32,000 nucleotides of DNA from contig CP091726.1 of NCBI GenBank assembly GCA_022009835.1, positions 1,163,678-1,195,677 of the forward strand. Reading direction: 5' to 3'. The position numbers were made by a program, and so were the translations under genes. The DNA is from Bacilli bacterium. GTDB lineage: Bacteria > Bacillota_I > Bacilli_A > RF39 > UBA660. Below, one piece after another: positions 19,706-28,464 of this stretch. Below the pieces are notes generated by a model. That model was not told the origin of the DNA, did not search any database, and worked only from the letters and a program-made list of their open reading frames with translations. How positions within the stretch are numbered: position 1 is the stretch's first letter; every line of letters starts with the position of its first letter.

Positions 19706-20884
19706 ATGAAAAAAATTAAATACCTATTACTATTAATATTACCCATATTAAGTGGCTGCTACAACTATCGAGAATTAAATGAATTAGGTATAACAACCGC
19801 TGTTAGTATTGATTATCAAGATGATAACTTCCATGTAATTGCAGAAGTAGTAAATCCAATTAAACAGCAAGATGCCTCAAGTAGTAATAATTCACCATTT
19901 GTAAATTATAGTGGTTCAGCATCTACTCTACAAAATGCCTTTCGTAATATAGTTTTAGAATCTCCAAGGCAACTGTATGCTGCCCAATTAGAAATAATTG
20001 TCTTAAGTGAAGAAGTAGTAAGTAATCATCTCGAAGAAGTATTAGAATATTTCACGAGAGATCCTGAAACTAGAACAGAAATAAAAATAATTGTTGCTAA
20101 AACCGAAGAAAGTACTAAAGGTATAACTTTGCAAACTCTTCTAACAAGTTTTTTTCTTCTTCAAATATTCTAAAATCCCTAGAACTACAAAAATAAAGTT
20201 CTAGGTACAACTTATCCTGTAACTTTAAATGAATTATTAAATATGTATATAAACCCCTATGAAGAAGTCATCTTACCATCGATGACTCTCTATGGCAATC
20301 CAGAAATAGGTGATGAAAAAGAAAACATAACAACATCAACTCCTAAATCTAGAGTTGAAATAAGCGGTACTACTATTACTAAAGATAACCAAGTACTAGG
20401 TTATTTAACTAACGAAGAATCAAAAATATTAAGCATAATCAATAATAAGGTAAGTGAATTTTTTTAATAACTACTAATTATAATAATGGATATATCGTCT
20501 TTGAACCAAATAGAATAAAAGTAAAAAGAGAAGTAGATATTAAAAAAACAATATCATTAAAGTTAAAATATCGGGTTATTCTAAAATTAAGGAAGTAGAT
20601 ACATATATTAGCTTAAAAGATCCAAAAGAAATAAAAAAACTAAATAATAACCTAAATAAAGAAATTGAAAATAACATAAAAAAAACATTTAATTATATTA
20701 GAGAAGAATATAATACTGACATATTTGGTTTTCAAGAACTATACTATAAAACTGACTATAAATATTTTAAACAACATTGCACCAATTGGTACGAAGAAAT
20801 ATATCCCAAAAATTAAAATTAGAAGTAACATCAACTATAAATTTATATGAAAAAGGGAAACACAATAGGAGGCTTAAAATATGA
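19706..20884 (+). CDS. spore germination lipoprotein, Ger(x)C family, frameshifted
   Basis: Lipobox 'LLLILPILSGCYNYRELNELGITTAVSIDY', which is the typical GerC N-terminus. The gene continues through ORF 20243..20467 and further frames. The 3' end is approximate. Confidence 0.75.
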
Positions 20885-21962
20885 AAGAGAAAAATAAATA
20901 ATCTTGAACTATCTAGTACCGTATTTCTCATCTTATTCTCATGTACTATTGGTATAGCTCCTTATACTACTATCAAAATTGCTGGCATAAATGCATATAT
21001 TGGAGTAATAATTGGGACCATTATTGGACTAGTACCACTTCTAATGTTTATCTATATATCTAATTATGAAATAGATAAACCACTCTACATCAAAACAAAA
21101 ATAATCTTTGGTAAAGTTCTAGGTACTATTATTAATATTATTCTAATAATACTATATCTTATATTAGCCACTACCATCCTCTTTAACACTAGTAACTTTA
21201 TCATATCACAATATTTAACAGATACACCTATTATTCTTGTAACTATAATATTTGCTTTAACTGGTTATCATGCCATAAATAAAGGAATTAATACTATTAC
21301 TAAAACAAGTTTAATATATACCATCATTATCATTATATTATTTATATTAGCCACCATTGGACTAATTCCAGAAATAGAACTAGATAACTTAAAACCTATT
21401 TTTAGAATATGGTATCAATAAACCTTTCATAGCGGGTTTAACCTATAGTCTAATCTTAACTATTCCAATAAGTAGTTTAGTAACAATACCTAAAAGCAAT
21501 ATTGATAACTATCAAAAAACCACTAAATATATCATTATAACCTATCTAATTACCACAATTATGGTTTTCTTTATGTCTAGTGTGACAAGTGCCTGTCTTG
21601 GCAAATATCTTTTACTACAATATCAATACCCTGTTTATATAACCTTAAAAAGAATATCTATCTTTGGTTTTATTGATCGTATTGAAAATTTTTTATCTAT
21701 TGAATGGATATTAAGTTCTTTTTATAGCTTATACTATTCCATTATGTTATATCAAAGATACTATAACGAATAAAAAAAATAATAAAATAATAAATCTTAT
21801 TATTATAATCATAACCATCGTATTATCTATTAATATCTTCAAAAAAATAATACTAGTTTTAACTACTATTTAGATAGTATTTATCCATATATTCTTCTAT
21901 CTCTTTTAATAGTATTTATCATAATATTCATATTCACATGTATTAAAAAAAGGAAAAAATAG
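20881..21962 (+). CDS. spore germination permease, GerAB/GerKB family, frameshifted
   Basis: AGGAGG lies 8 nt before ATG 20881. The product is a polytopic membrane protein ('LSSTVFLILFSCTIGIAPYTTIKIAG', ORFs 21044..21421 and 21561..21773), arranged as gerA-gerC-gerB. Confidence 0.7.
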
Positions 21963-22004
21963 AATATAATAATAATACAGTAAGATAAATTACTGTTTAG
22001 ATAT

Positions 22005-22032
22005 AGAGATTACTTATGTAGTCTCTTCTTTT
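22005..22032 (+). terminator. putative terminator of the ger operon
   Basis: AGAGATTAC-ttat-GTAGTCTCT (one mismatch) followed by TCTTTT. A second small hairpin lies at 21977..21996. Confidence 0.4.
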
Positions 22033-22095
22033 ATTATATTAGCCCATACACTAATAAACAAACATCATAATATATTAGTGTGGAGTTGATTAATA

Positions 22096-22912
22096 ATGTT
22101 AACATTTTTAGAACAACAAAGTCCTATATTACTTGCTTTCTTTGCTACTTTATTTACCTACAGTATAACCATTCTTGGAGCCGCTATTGTATTTTTTTTC
22201 AAAAAAGTTAAAAAGAATATCATGGATGCCATGCTTGGAATAGCAGCAGGTATCATGATAGCAGCTTCTTTCTTTTCATTAATTGAACCAGCCCTTAAAA
22301 TGGCAGAAAGTCTTAAAATGATACCATGGATTATAGTAACGATTGGATTTATATCAGGAGGATTGCTTTTATTTATTGGAGATAAAATATTTACAAAATT
22401 AGAAAAGAAAATAGCAAAAAATAAAGATAATAACAAAGAAGGAACAAGTCTAAAAAGATGTATAATGTTAATTCTTTTCTATAACCCTTCATAATATACC
22501 AGAAGGCTTAGCTGTTGGAGTTGCTTTTGGTGGTATTGCTTATGGTATTGAAGGAGCAACCTTAAGTTCTGCTATTATGATTGCCCTAGGAATTGGTATT
22601 CAAAACTTTCCAGAAGGTACCGCTGTTAGTGTTCCATTAAGACGAGAAGGACTAAGTAGAAAAAAAGCCTTTTTCTTCGGACAACTAAGCGGACTTGTTG
22701 AACCAATATCAGGTGTATTAGGAGCCTTACTTGTATTAAAAGTAAGAACTCTCTTACCATTCTTACTTTCTTTTGCCGCAGGTGCTATGATTTATGTAGT
22801 AGTAGAAGAATTAATACCAGAATCACAAACAAACAAAAGAAAAGAATTAATGGCATTATTCACTTTAATAGGATTCTCTATTATGATGATATTAGATGTA
22901 TCTTTAGGTTAA
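22096..22912 (+). CDS. ZIP-family divalent metal transporter (ZupT/GufA-like), single frameshift
   Basis: ORFs 22096..22494 and 22577..22912. Removing one T from the T4 run 22475..22478 gives a continuous '[22 protein letters not shown]...GIGIQNFPEGTAVSVPL', the ZIP signature. Confidence 0.85.
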
Positions 22913-22941
22913 AAAAAACAAGTATTAACTTGTCTTTTTTT
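22911..22941. terminator. bidirectional terminator between convergent genes
   Basis: A-run, ACAAGT-atta-ACTTGT, then a T-run. Confidence 0.5.
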
Positions 22942-23545
22942 ATTTATTACAATCACTAGTACAAATATTAGTTTTAGTATCTTCAAACATCTTAGCAAGT
23001 TTTTCTTTAAGACCATCTAAGTCTTCATTTTTCCAATATTCTTCTGGAGTCTTATAGCCCTTAGTATCCCAAGCTGTTTCATCATCAAAATCTAATATTT
23101 CACCATCTTTTACCGCTATTACAGAAGGAGCATAAATTCTCTTATTTCCCTCTTCATCAAATTTTAAATAATCTTTAAGAATATCTACCATTTTTTTATA
23201 ATTATCTGTATTATCTTTTCTATCATTTAAAATATTATAATAATAAACTTTATCTACATCATTTGCTTTAGCTACTTCATTTAAATATGGTACATAAGCA
23301 GTACACCATGGACACTCTGGAAAACCTAGATATACTACTCCTGTTCCATGTTCTAATATATTAATTATTTCTTCAGCACTTCTATAAACAAAGACATTAT
23401 CTTTGGTAACACTGGTATACTCTTCAGCAAATTTCTTACCATCAATATTGGTATTTTTTCTTTATTTAAGTAAAGATATCCTAAAAACTCCTAACGCTAT
23501 AACTAAAACTACTCCTATTATAATTATTATTTTTCTCTTTTTCAC
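22940..23545 (-). CDS. membrane-anchored thioredoxin-fold protein (CPWC), frameshifted
   Basis: GTG at 23545..23543 follows AGGTGA. An N-terminal TM segment ('IIIIIGVVLVIALGV') is followed by 'VVYLGFPECPWCTAYVPYLNEV' (CxxC) and ORF 22940..23191. Confidence 0.6.
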
Positions 23546-23629
23546 TTTCTCACCTCATAATCAGTATAAATTATTTATTATTTTTTTACTATATAACTTA
23601 AGTTGAATTAACTAAACTCTAAGTTGAGT

Positions 23630-24352
23630 TTAATTACAGCTCTTATTCATAGATAATGGAACCTTGTAAATAGTAGTTTTATCTTCTTCATCAGTAGCAC
23701 TTATTTCTAGTGTTATATTACTACTCTCTATATTCTTGCATTCCTTAGCGAAATTATCTATACTAAAGTTTACATCTTTTAAAAACTCATTTAACTTAAT
23801 ACTACTATCTTTTTCATAAGTATAATTACCTATTTGTTTTTTTAACCATACCATGTTCTTCATATAATATACATTCAATCTTTTTATATAAATTATCATC
23901 AGTACCACCACAATAATCTATATTAGATATATATAAATATGATTTATTCTTATTATAAGCTATACTACCTGATATTTCAAAAATTAGAACAATTTGAAGA
24001 TACTGTTTTTAAAAAGTAAAAAGAATCGTCATGAAACACAATAAATAAAATTATTATTAATATAAGTAATAATACTCCTAATGAAATATATATTATTTTT
24101 TTCTTATTTACTTTTTTTACTTTGATTATTCTCACTATTTTTTTACCATCTAATAAATCATTAATATTAATATCATAATCATCACATATTTGTTTAAGTA
24201 AAGATATATCAGGAATATTTTTTTACCATTCTCCCATTTACTAACTGCTTGATATGTTACACCATACTTTTCTGCAAACTTTTTCCTGTGTTAAATTATT
24301 CTTTTTTTACGAAGTTCTTTTTATTAAATTACCAATTCTTTTCTTGATCCAT
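23630..24352 (-). CDS. XRE-family HTH protein with a TM anchor and an extracytoplasmic domain, frameshifted
   Basis: 'LTQEKFAEKYGVTYQAVSKWENGKNIPDISLLKQICDDYDININDLLDGK' is followed by the TM segment 'IIYISLGVLLLILIIILFIV' and then ORF 23630..23911. Confidence 0.55.
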
Positions 24353-24487
24353 ACTACCACTTCCTATGTATAAAAATATCTACATATATTATTTTTATCA
24401 TATTTTTTTATTTTTGGCATATATAAAATTTAAAAAAAGCAGTAATTTTTTTATTTACCACTTTCTTATTTTTTTAGAATTAAAGTT

Positions 24488-25246
24488 TTATTTTTCTTCG
24501 GCCACTTCTACATCATTAAATACTTCTTTTTGATTCTTCTAAATATATTTTTTTATCTTCTTCTGGCCAAAAAGTGTATTAATAACAATTTTTTTAGCAT
24601 TAGAATTATTTGCCAATAACCCAGCATCATAGGCTGTCATATGTGTACTACTATTAGAATTATATCTTCTTAAGAGTGAACTCTCACAAATAATTAAATC
24701 TGCATCCTTACAAAAACTTATTAAATCAGTAAGATTAGAAGTACCAATATCAGAAGTATATATAATCTTAAAAATCTTTTATTTTTGTAATTTTTACCAT
24801 AAATGCTTCTATGGTATGAGATTTATTATCATGAAAAAGTTATTTTTTTAAATCATCTATAAAAAAAATGAATAACTATCAGTTATATCAAAATACTTGG
24901 CATAACTCTCTTTACTAGATACTATAGATTTCTTATTGAAGTCATAATCGTTTTTTTGGGTAAAAAAATATATTTATCTTGTTATTAAGTAATCCTAAAT
25001 TATGATAGACATAAGATGCGTAGCAGATACTTCCGATATCTCCGAAATGATCTCTATGATAATGAGTAATTATCACATTTAAATCTTCTAAAGTATCAGG
25101 GAATTTTTAATAGTCTAGTTATTCCACTGCCACAATCTAATAGTATTTTTTTATTATTATAATTTATTAAAACTCCTGGGCAATTCATATTACCTTTTAG
25201 TATATGGAGAAATAGTTCCAAGTGGTGTAATTGTTATCTCACTCAT
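24488..25246 (-). CDS. MBL-fold metallo-hydrolase, frameshifted
   Basis: 'MSEITITPLGTISPYTK...', 'LLDCGSG' and the HxHxDH motif 'VIITHYHRDHFGDIGS'. Several frame breaks occur at homopolymers. Confidence 0.65.
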
Positions 25247-25251
25247 TTTTA

Positions 25252-25741
25252 CTATACTCCTCTTTTTTTATTAACATTTTTTTCTTTAATAGTAGGTTCT
25301 ACATACCTTATAATATCTTTATCAAGATTAAATAGTTCTTTTTACCATACTAGAAGAGACTGATTGATATTTAGTATCTGCAAATAAGCAAATAGTATTT
25401 ATCATATTATTAGATATTTCTCTATTTATTTCTTGCATAGTAACTTCATAATCATAATCACTTAAACTTCTAAGTCCACGAATGATAGCCTTACATTCAT
25501 TTTGAATTGCAACATCTACTGTCGCCCCACTACCAGATATAACTTTTATATTACTCATATCTCGATATAAATATTTAATCATTTCTAGTCTTTCTTCTAT
25601 AGAAAAGAATGAAATCTTTTTTGAATAATTTTGCATAACTGCCACTACGACCTCATCAAATAAATTACTTGCTTGCCATATAATGTCCATATGTCCCTTT
25701 GTTATAGGATCAAAGCTTCCCGGATATAAAACTCTTGTCAT
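25252..25741 (-). CDS. coaD: phosphopantetheine adenylyltransferase
   Basis: 'VLYPGSFDPITKGHMDII...RGLRSLSDYDYEVTMQEINR...SSSMVKE'. Removing one T from the T5 run 25339..25343 extends the ORF to a normal ~163-codon length, with the stop at 25252..25254. Confidence 0.88.
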
Positions 25742-25859
25742 AATATCTTCACCACCTTATGTAAATTAAACCTTTTTCCTTTCTTTACTTGTATTATAAT
25801 ACTTTTTGTGATATAATCAAAATACATATTTGTTATGTTTATCATAACTGGAGGTTATT

Positions 25860-26781
25860 ATGAATATAAATTTTGAATTATATAGAATATTTTATGTAGT
25901 TGCTAATCATAGTAATATTACTAAAGCAAGTGAAGAATTAAATATATCACAGCCTGCTATTAGTAAATCTATTAAGAATCTTGAAGATCAATTAGGAGGA
26001 AACCTCTTTATAAGAACTAAAAGAGGGGTTATATTAACAGAAGAAGGAAAAGAATTCTATAACTATATTAAACAAGCTATGGAATATATTAATAATGCTG
26101 AAAAGAAGTTTACCAATCTTATTAACTTAGAAACAGGATGTATAAAAATTGGAATTAATACTACTTTAACAAAAAGAATTCTTACTACCCTTTCTAGAAG
26201 AATTTCACTCTTTATATCCTAAAATAGATATTCAAATTATAACAGGACTAACTACAGAATTAATATCTAAATTAAAAAAATGGATTAATTGATATAATAA
26301 TATTAAATATTAACAATAAAGATTACGGTAATGATATTGAAATAATTAAATGCCAGAAGATAAATGATTGTTTTTGTAGTAAATAGTAAATTCAAAGAAT
26401 TAATTAATAAAGAAATATCACTAAAAAGATATAAACAATTATCCTTTAATATTGCAAAAGAAAGGTTCTAATACTAGGGATTTTTTTAGATAATATTGCT
26501 AAGGAAAAACGATGTTATTCTAAAAACCTAATATAGAACTAGCAAGTTATTCTCTAGTTGTAGAATTTTCTAAAATAGGACTAGGTATTGGATATGTAAC
26601 TAAGAAATATATACAAAAAAAGAATTAAAGAATAAAGAACTATATGAATTAAATATCAAAGAAAAGATTCCTAGTAGATATATAGGTATCGCTCTATCAA
26701 AAAAATCACTTACCTAGTTTTTAGTACTAAAAAAAACTTATTGAAATAATAGAAAAAAAGACAAATATAATTTTTAAATAA
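25860..26781 (+). CDS. LysR-family transcriptional regulator, frameshifted
   Basis: The N-terminal wHTH 'ITKASEELNISQPAISKSIKNLEDQLGGNLFIRTKRGVILTEEGKEF' sits in an intact 120-aa ORF. The effector-domain segments ('FHSLYPKIDIQIITGLTTELISKLKNGLIDI') are in other frames. The 3' end is approximate. Confidence 0.7.
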
Positions 26782-26802
26782 TTTTTATATCTGTCTTTTT
26801 TT
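26755..26802 (+). terminator. terminator after the LysR gene
   Basis: AAAAAGACAAATATAA ... TTATATCTGTCTTTTT (one mismatch) plus a T-run. Confidence 0.5.
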
Positions 26803-26870
26803 AGTTTTTATAATATATTCTTAGTACTATAAACTCATAACTGGCAGTTAAGCAAGTTCGAGTAAAATAG

Positions 26871-26906
26871 TACAAAAAAAGAGCTTGTTTTTGTTTCAAA
26901 CTCTTT
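26871..26906 (-). terminator. terminator of the tRNA operon
   Basis: On the minus strand: AAAGAGTTTG-aaacaaaaa-CAAGCTCTTT followed by T7. Confidence 0.5.
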
Positions 26907-26917
26907 TAAGTACTATT

Positions 26918-27001
26918 TGGTGCGGGTGAAGGGACTTGAACCCCCACGGATAAACCACTAGATCCTAAGTCTAGCGCGTCTGCCAATTTCGCCACACCCG
27001 C
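26918..27001 (-). tRNA. tRNA-Leu (TAG)
   Basis: Reverse complement GCGGGTGTGGCGAAATTGGCAGACGCGCTAGACTTAGGATCTAG... It has anticodon loop CTTAGGA, a long variable arm, a T-arm and CCA. Confidence 0.9.
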
Positions 27002-27008
27002 ACAATTA

Positions 27009-27085
27009 TGGTGGACCCTGCAGGACTCGAACCTGCGACCGCCCGGTTATGAGCCGGATGCTCTAACCAACTGAGCTAAGGGTCC
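27009..27085 (-). tRNA. tRNA with CAT anticodon, probably tRNA-Ile2 (lysidine) rather than Met
   Basis: Reverse complement GGACCCTTAGCTCAGTTGGTTAGAGCATCCGGCTCATAACCGGG...GGGTCCACCA. The cloverleaf folds. The acceptor and body resemble Bacillus/E. coli tRNA-Ile(CAU) as I recall them. Confidence 0.9.
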
Positions 27086-27166
27086 ATTACTATATAAATA
27101 TTAACTTTTCATACAAGATAAATGCTATCTACTATTGTTAGAGCATCCTTCTTGAAGAACAAATTA

Positions 27167-27195
27167 AGTATACCATTTTTAAGTACTTATGTCAA
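27167..27195 (-). promoter_or_regulatory. sigmaA-type promoter of the tRNA(CAT)-tRNA-Leu operon
   Basis: On the minus strand: TTGACA, a 17-nt spacer, then TATACT. Confidence 0.55.
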
Positions 27196-27261
27196 TAAGA
27201 TAAATAATTATTTTTAACTATTTTTTTACTATTTTTATGCACCTATTGAATAAAATTTACT

Positions 27262-27450
27262 ATGAATAATCAAAATATTGAAGATAAAGCATTGACTACT
27301 CTAGCCTTTGTTATAGGGCTTGCTCTTATAGATAATCTATCTAGCACTGAACAAAATGCTGTTGGTAACTGGATAATGTTAATAGCACAAACTCTTTGTA
27401 CTAATGGTAGTTATACATTTAATAAAGAATGGAAAAAGTCATACAAGTAA
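27262..27450 (+). CDS. hypothetical small protein (62 aa)
   Basis: Intact ORF with a hydrophobic core ('LTTLAFVIGLALIDNLSSTEQNAVGNWIMLIAQTL'). No confident family. Confidence 0.3.
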   Translation: MNNQNIEDKALTTLAFVIGLALIDNLSSTEQNAVGNWIMLIAQTLCTNGSYTFNKEWKKSYK

Positions 27451-27621
27451 TGGTAATACTCCTGTTACTAAAGATACCTTAGAAAAAAAGTTAGAGATAT
27501 TATTAATAATACTATAAGAAAAAAATATGTAAATTATTTTTAATTCATTTAACATTTTTCATTTTTTTAATTTATCTATATCTGTAAAAAAATAAATCAG
27601 TCCCCCTTTTCTTTAATCCAA

Positions 27622-28029
27622 TCATATTTTTTTAAATAAACTTTTAATTTCATTTTGTAAATCAGTTGGAACACTTAGTGGGACACCATCAACAGTATGC
27701 ACATGATCTATATACTTTTCTAATGTAGGAAATGCATTTTGAAGTAATATTGCAGCATCTTTGTCTGCTATTTTCCTAATTATAATTGTATTACAAAAAA
27801 ACCATAACGTTCTACCTTTTTTTATTAATTATTTTTTTGATATTTATCTACTTTTAGAACTTATTGGTATAAACCATAAGATATCTTTGTCTTTAATAGT
27901 AAAATAGGTTGGTCTCTTTTTACCCTTTTCATGATTTTGCATTAAACTATCATCATCTACAACATCAAAATATTCATCTTTAATATGATATAAATAACCT
28001 GTCTTAATTTCCATGGGCATCATCTCCAT
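27622..28029 (-). CDS. type III toxin-antitoxin toxin (ToxN/AbiQ/CptN-like endoribonuclease), frameshifted
   Basis: ORF 27844..28029 ('GYLYHIKDEYFDVVDDD...KKRPTYFTIKDKDILWFIPISSK') fits the ToxN/AbiQ N-terminal pattern (Y..yl...d, RPy, PlsS.K). It continues across A-run breaks as 'KKVERYGFFCNTIIIRKIADKDAAILLQNAFP...'. The upstream RNA-repeat architecture supports the call. Confidence 0.6.
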
Positions 28030-28035
28030 ATATAA

Positions 28036-28076
28036 TATATCACAAAATAAAAAGAAAACTCCATCATTTGATGAAG
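28036..28076 (-). terminator. intrinsic terminator/attenuator between the antitoxin repeats and the toxin ORF
   Basis: On the minus-strand RNA: CUUCAUCA-aa-UGAUGGAG (including one G-U pair) followed by UUUUCUUUUUAUUUU. The toxin RBS (GGAG) follows. Confidence 0.5.
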
Positions 28077-28093
28077 TTATTCTACATTTTCAA

Positions 28094-28193
28094 CCAGGAT
28101 CATTTATTAGTCGCACCACCTGGAAGCGAAAAAAACATTGTCGCCTGGAATCATTTATTATTCGCACCATCCAGAAGCGAAAAACATTTTCAC
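28094..28193 (-). ncRNA. tandem ~50-nt repeats (2 full copies plus a degenerate copy at ~28060..28093): putative type III antitoxin RNA
   Basis: R1 (28094..28143) and R2 (28144..28193) align along their whole length. Each contains an internal hairpin, CCAGG...CCTGG in R1 and CCTGG...CCAG in R2, with a compensatory A:T to T:A swap. The position and orientation relative to the toxin match the toxIN layout. Confidence 0.55.
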
Positions 28194-28214
28194 ACTAATA
28201 AGTGCAATATAAAT

Positions 28215-28242
28215 ATACTACATTTTTTTATGAAAATGTCAA
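28215..28242 (-). promoter_or_regulatory. putative promoter of the repeat-toxin transcript
   Basis: On the minus strand: TTGACA, a 16-nt spacer, then TAGTAT. It lies ~20 nt upstream of the first repeat. Confidence 0.4.
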
Positions 28243-28420
28243 TTAGTATACAATATTATTATATTTATTTATAAATAATTTATGTACTATAACTATTATT
28301 TTTTTAATACTACTTATACCATTCACCCCAAATATAATAAGTATGGTTGATACTTATTTGGAGATCAACGGCTCCAAATAACACTGATAAGACTTACATA
28401 GTAAGACTTATAGTGCATAT

Positions 28421-28457
28421 AAAAAAAGAACCTAGATAAATAACTTATTTAGGTTCT
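28421..28457 (-). terminator. Rho-independent terminator of ppdK
   Basis: AGAACCTAAATAA-gttat-TTATCTAGGTTCT on the minus strand (imperfect), followed by T7. Confidence 0.6.
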
Positions 28458-28464
28458 ATAATAA

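Noticed and set aside
28094-28193. Possible CRISPR array.
   Set aside because: The repeats are directly adjacent with no spacers. There are only ~2 copies, they are imperfect, and no cas genes are present.
28013-28274. Plus-strand ORFs 28013..28198 and 28068..28274 across the tandem repeats.
   Set aside because: Their apparent periodic peptide ('PGSFISRTTWKRKK...ESFIIRTIQKRK') simply reflects the 50-nt DNA repeat. The promoter, repeat, terminator and toxin layout on the minus strand explains the region better as RNA.
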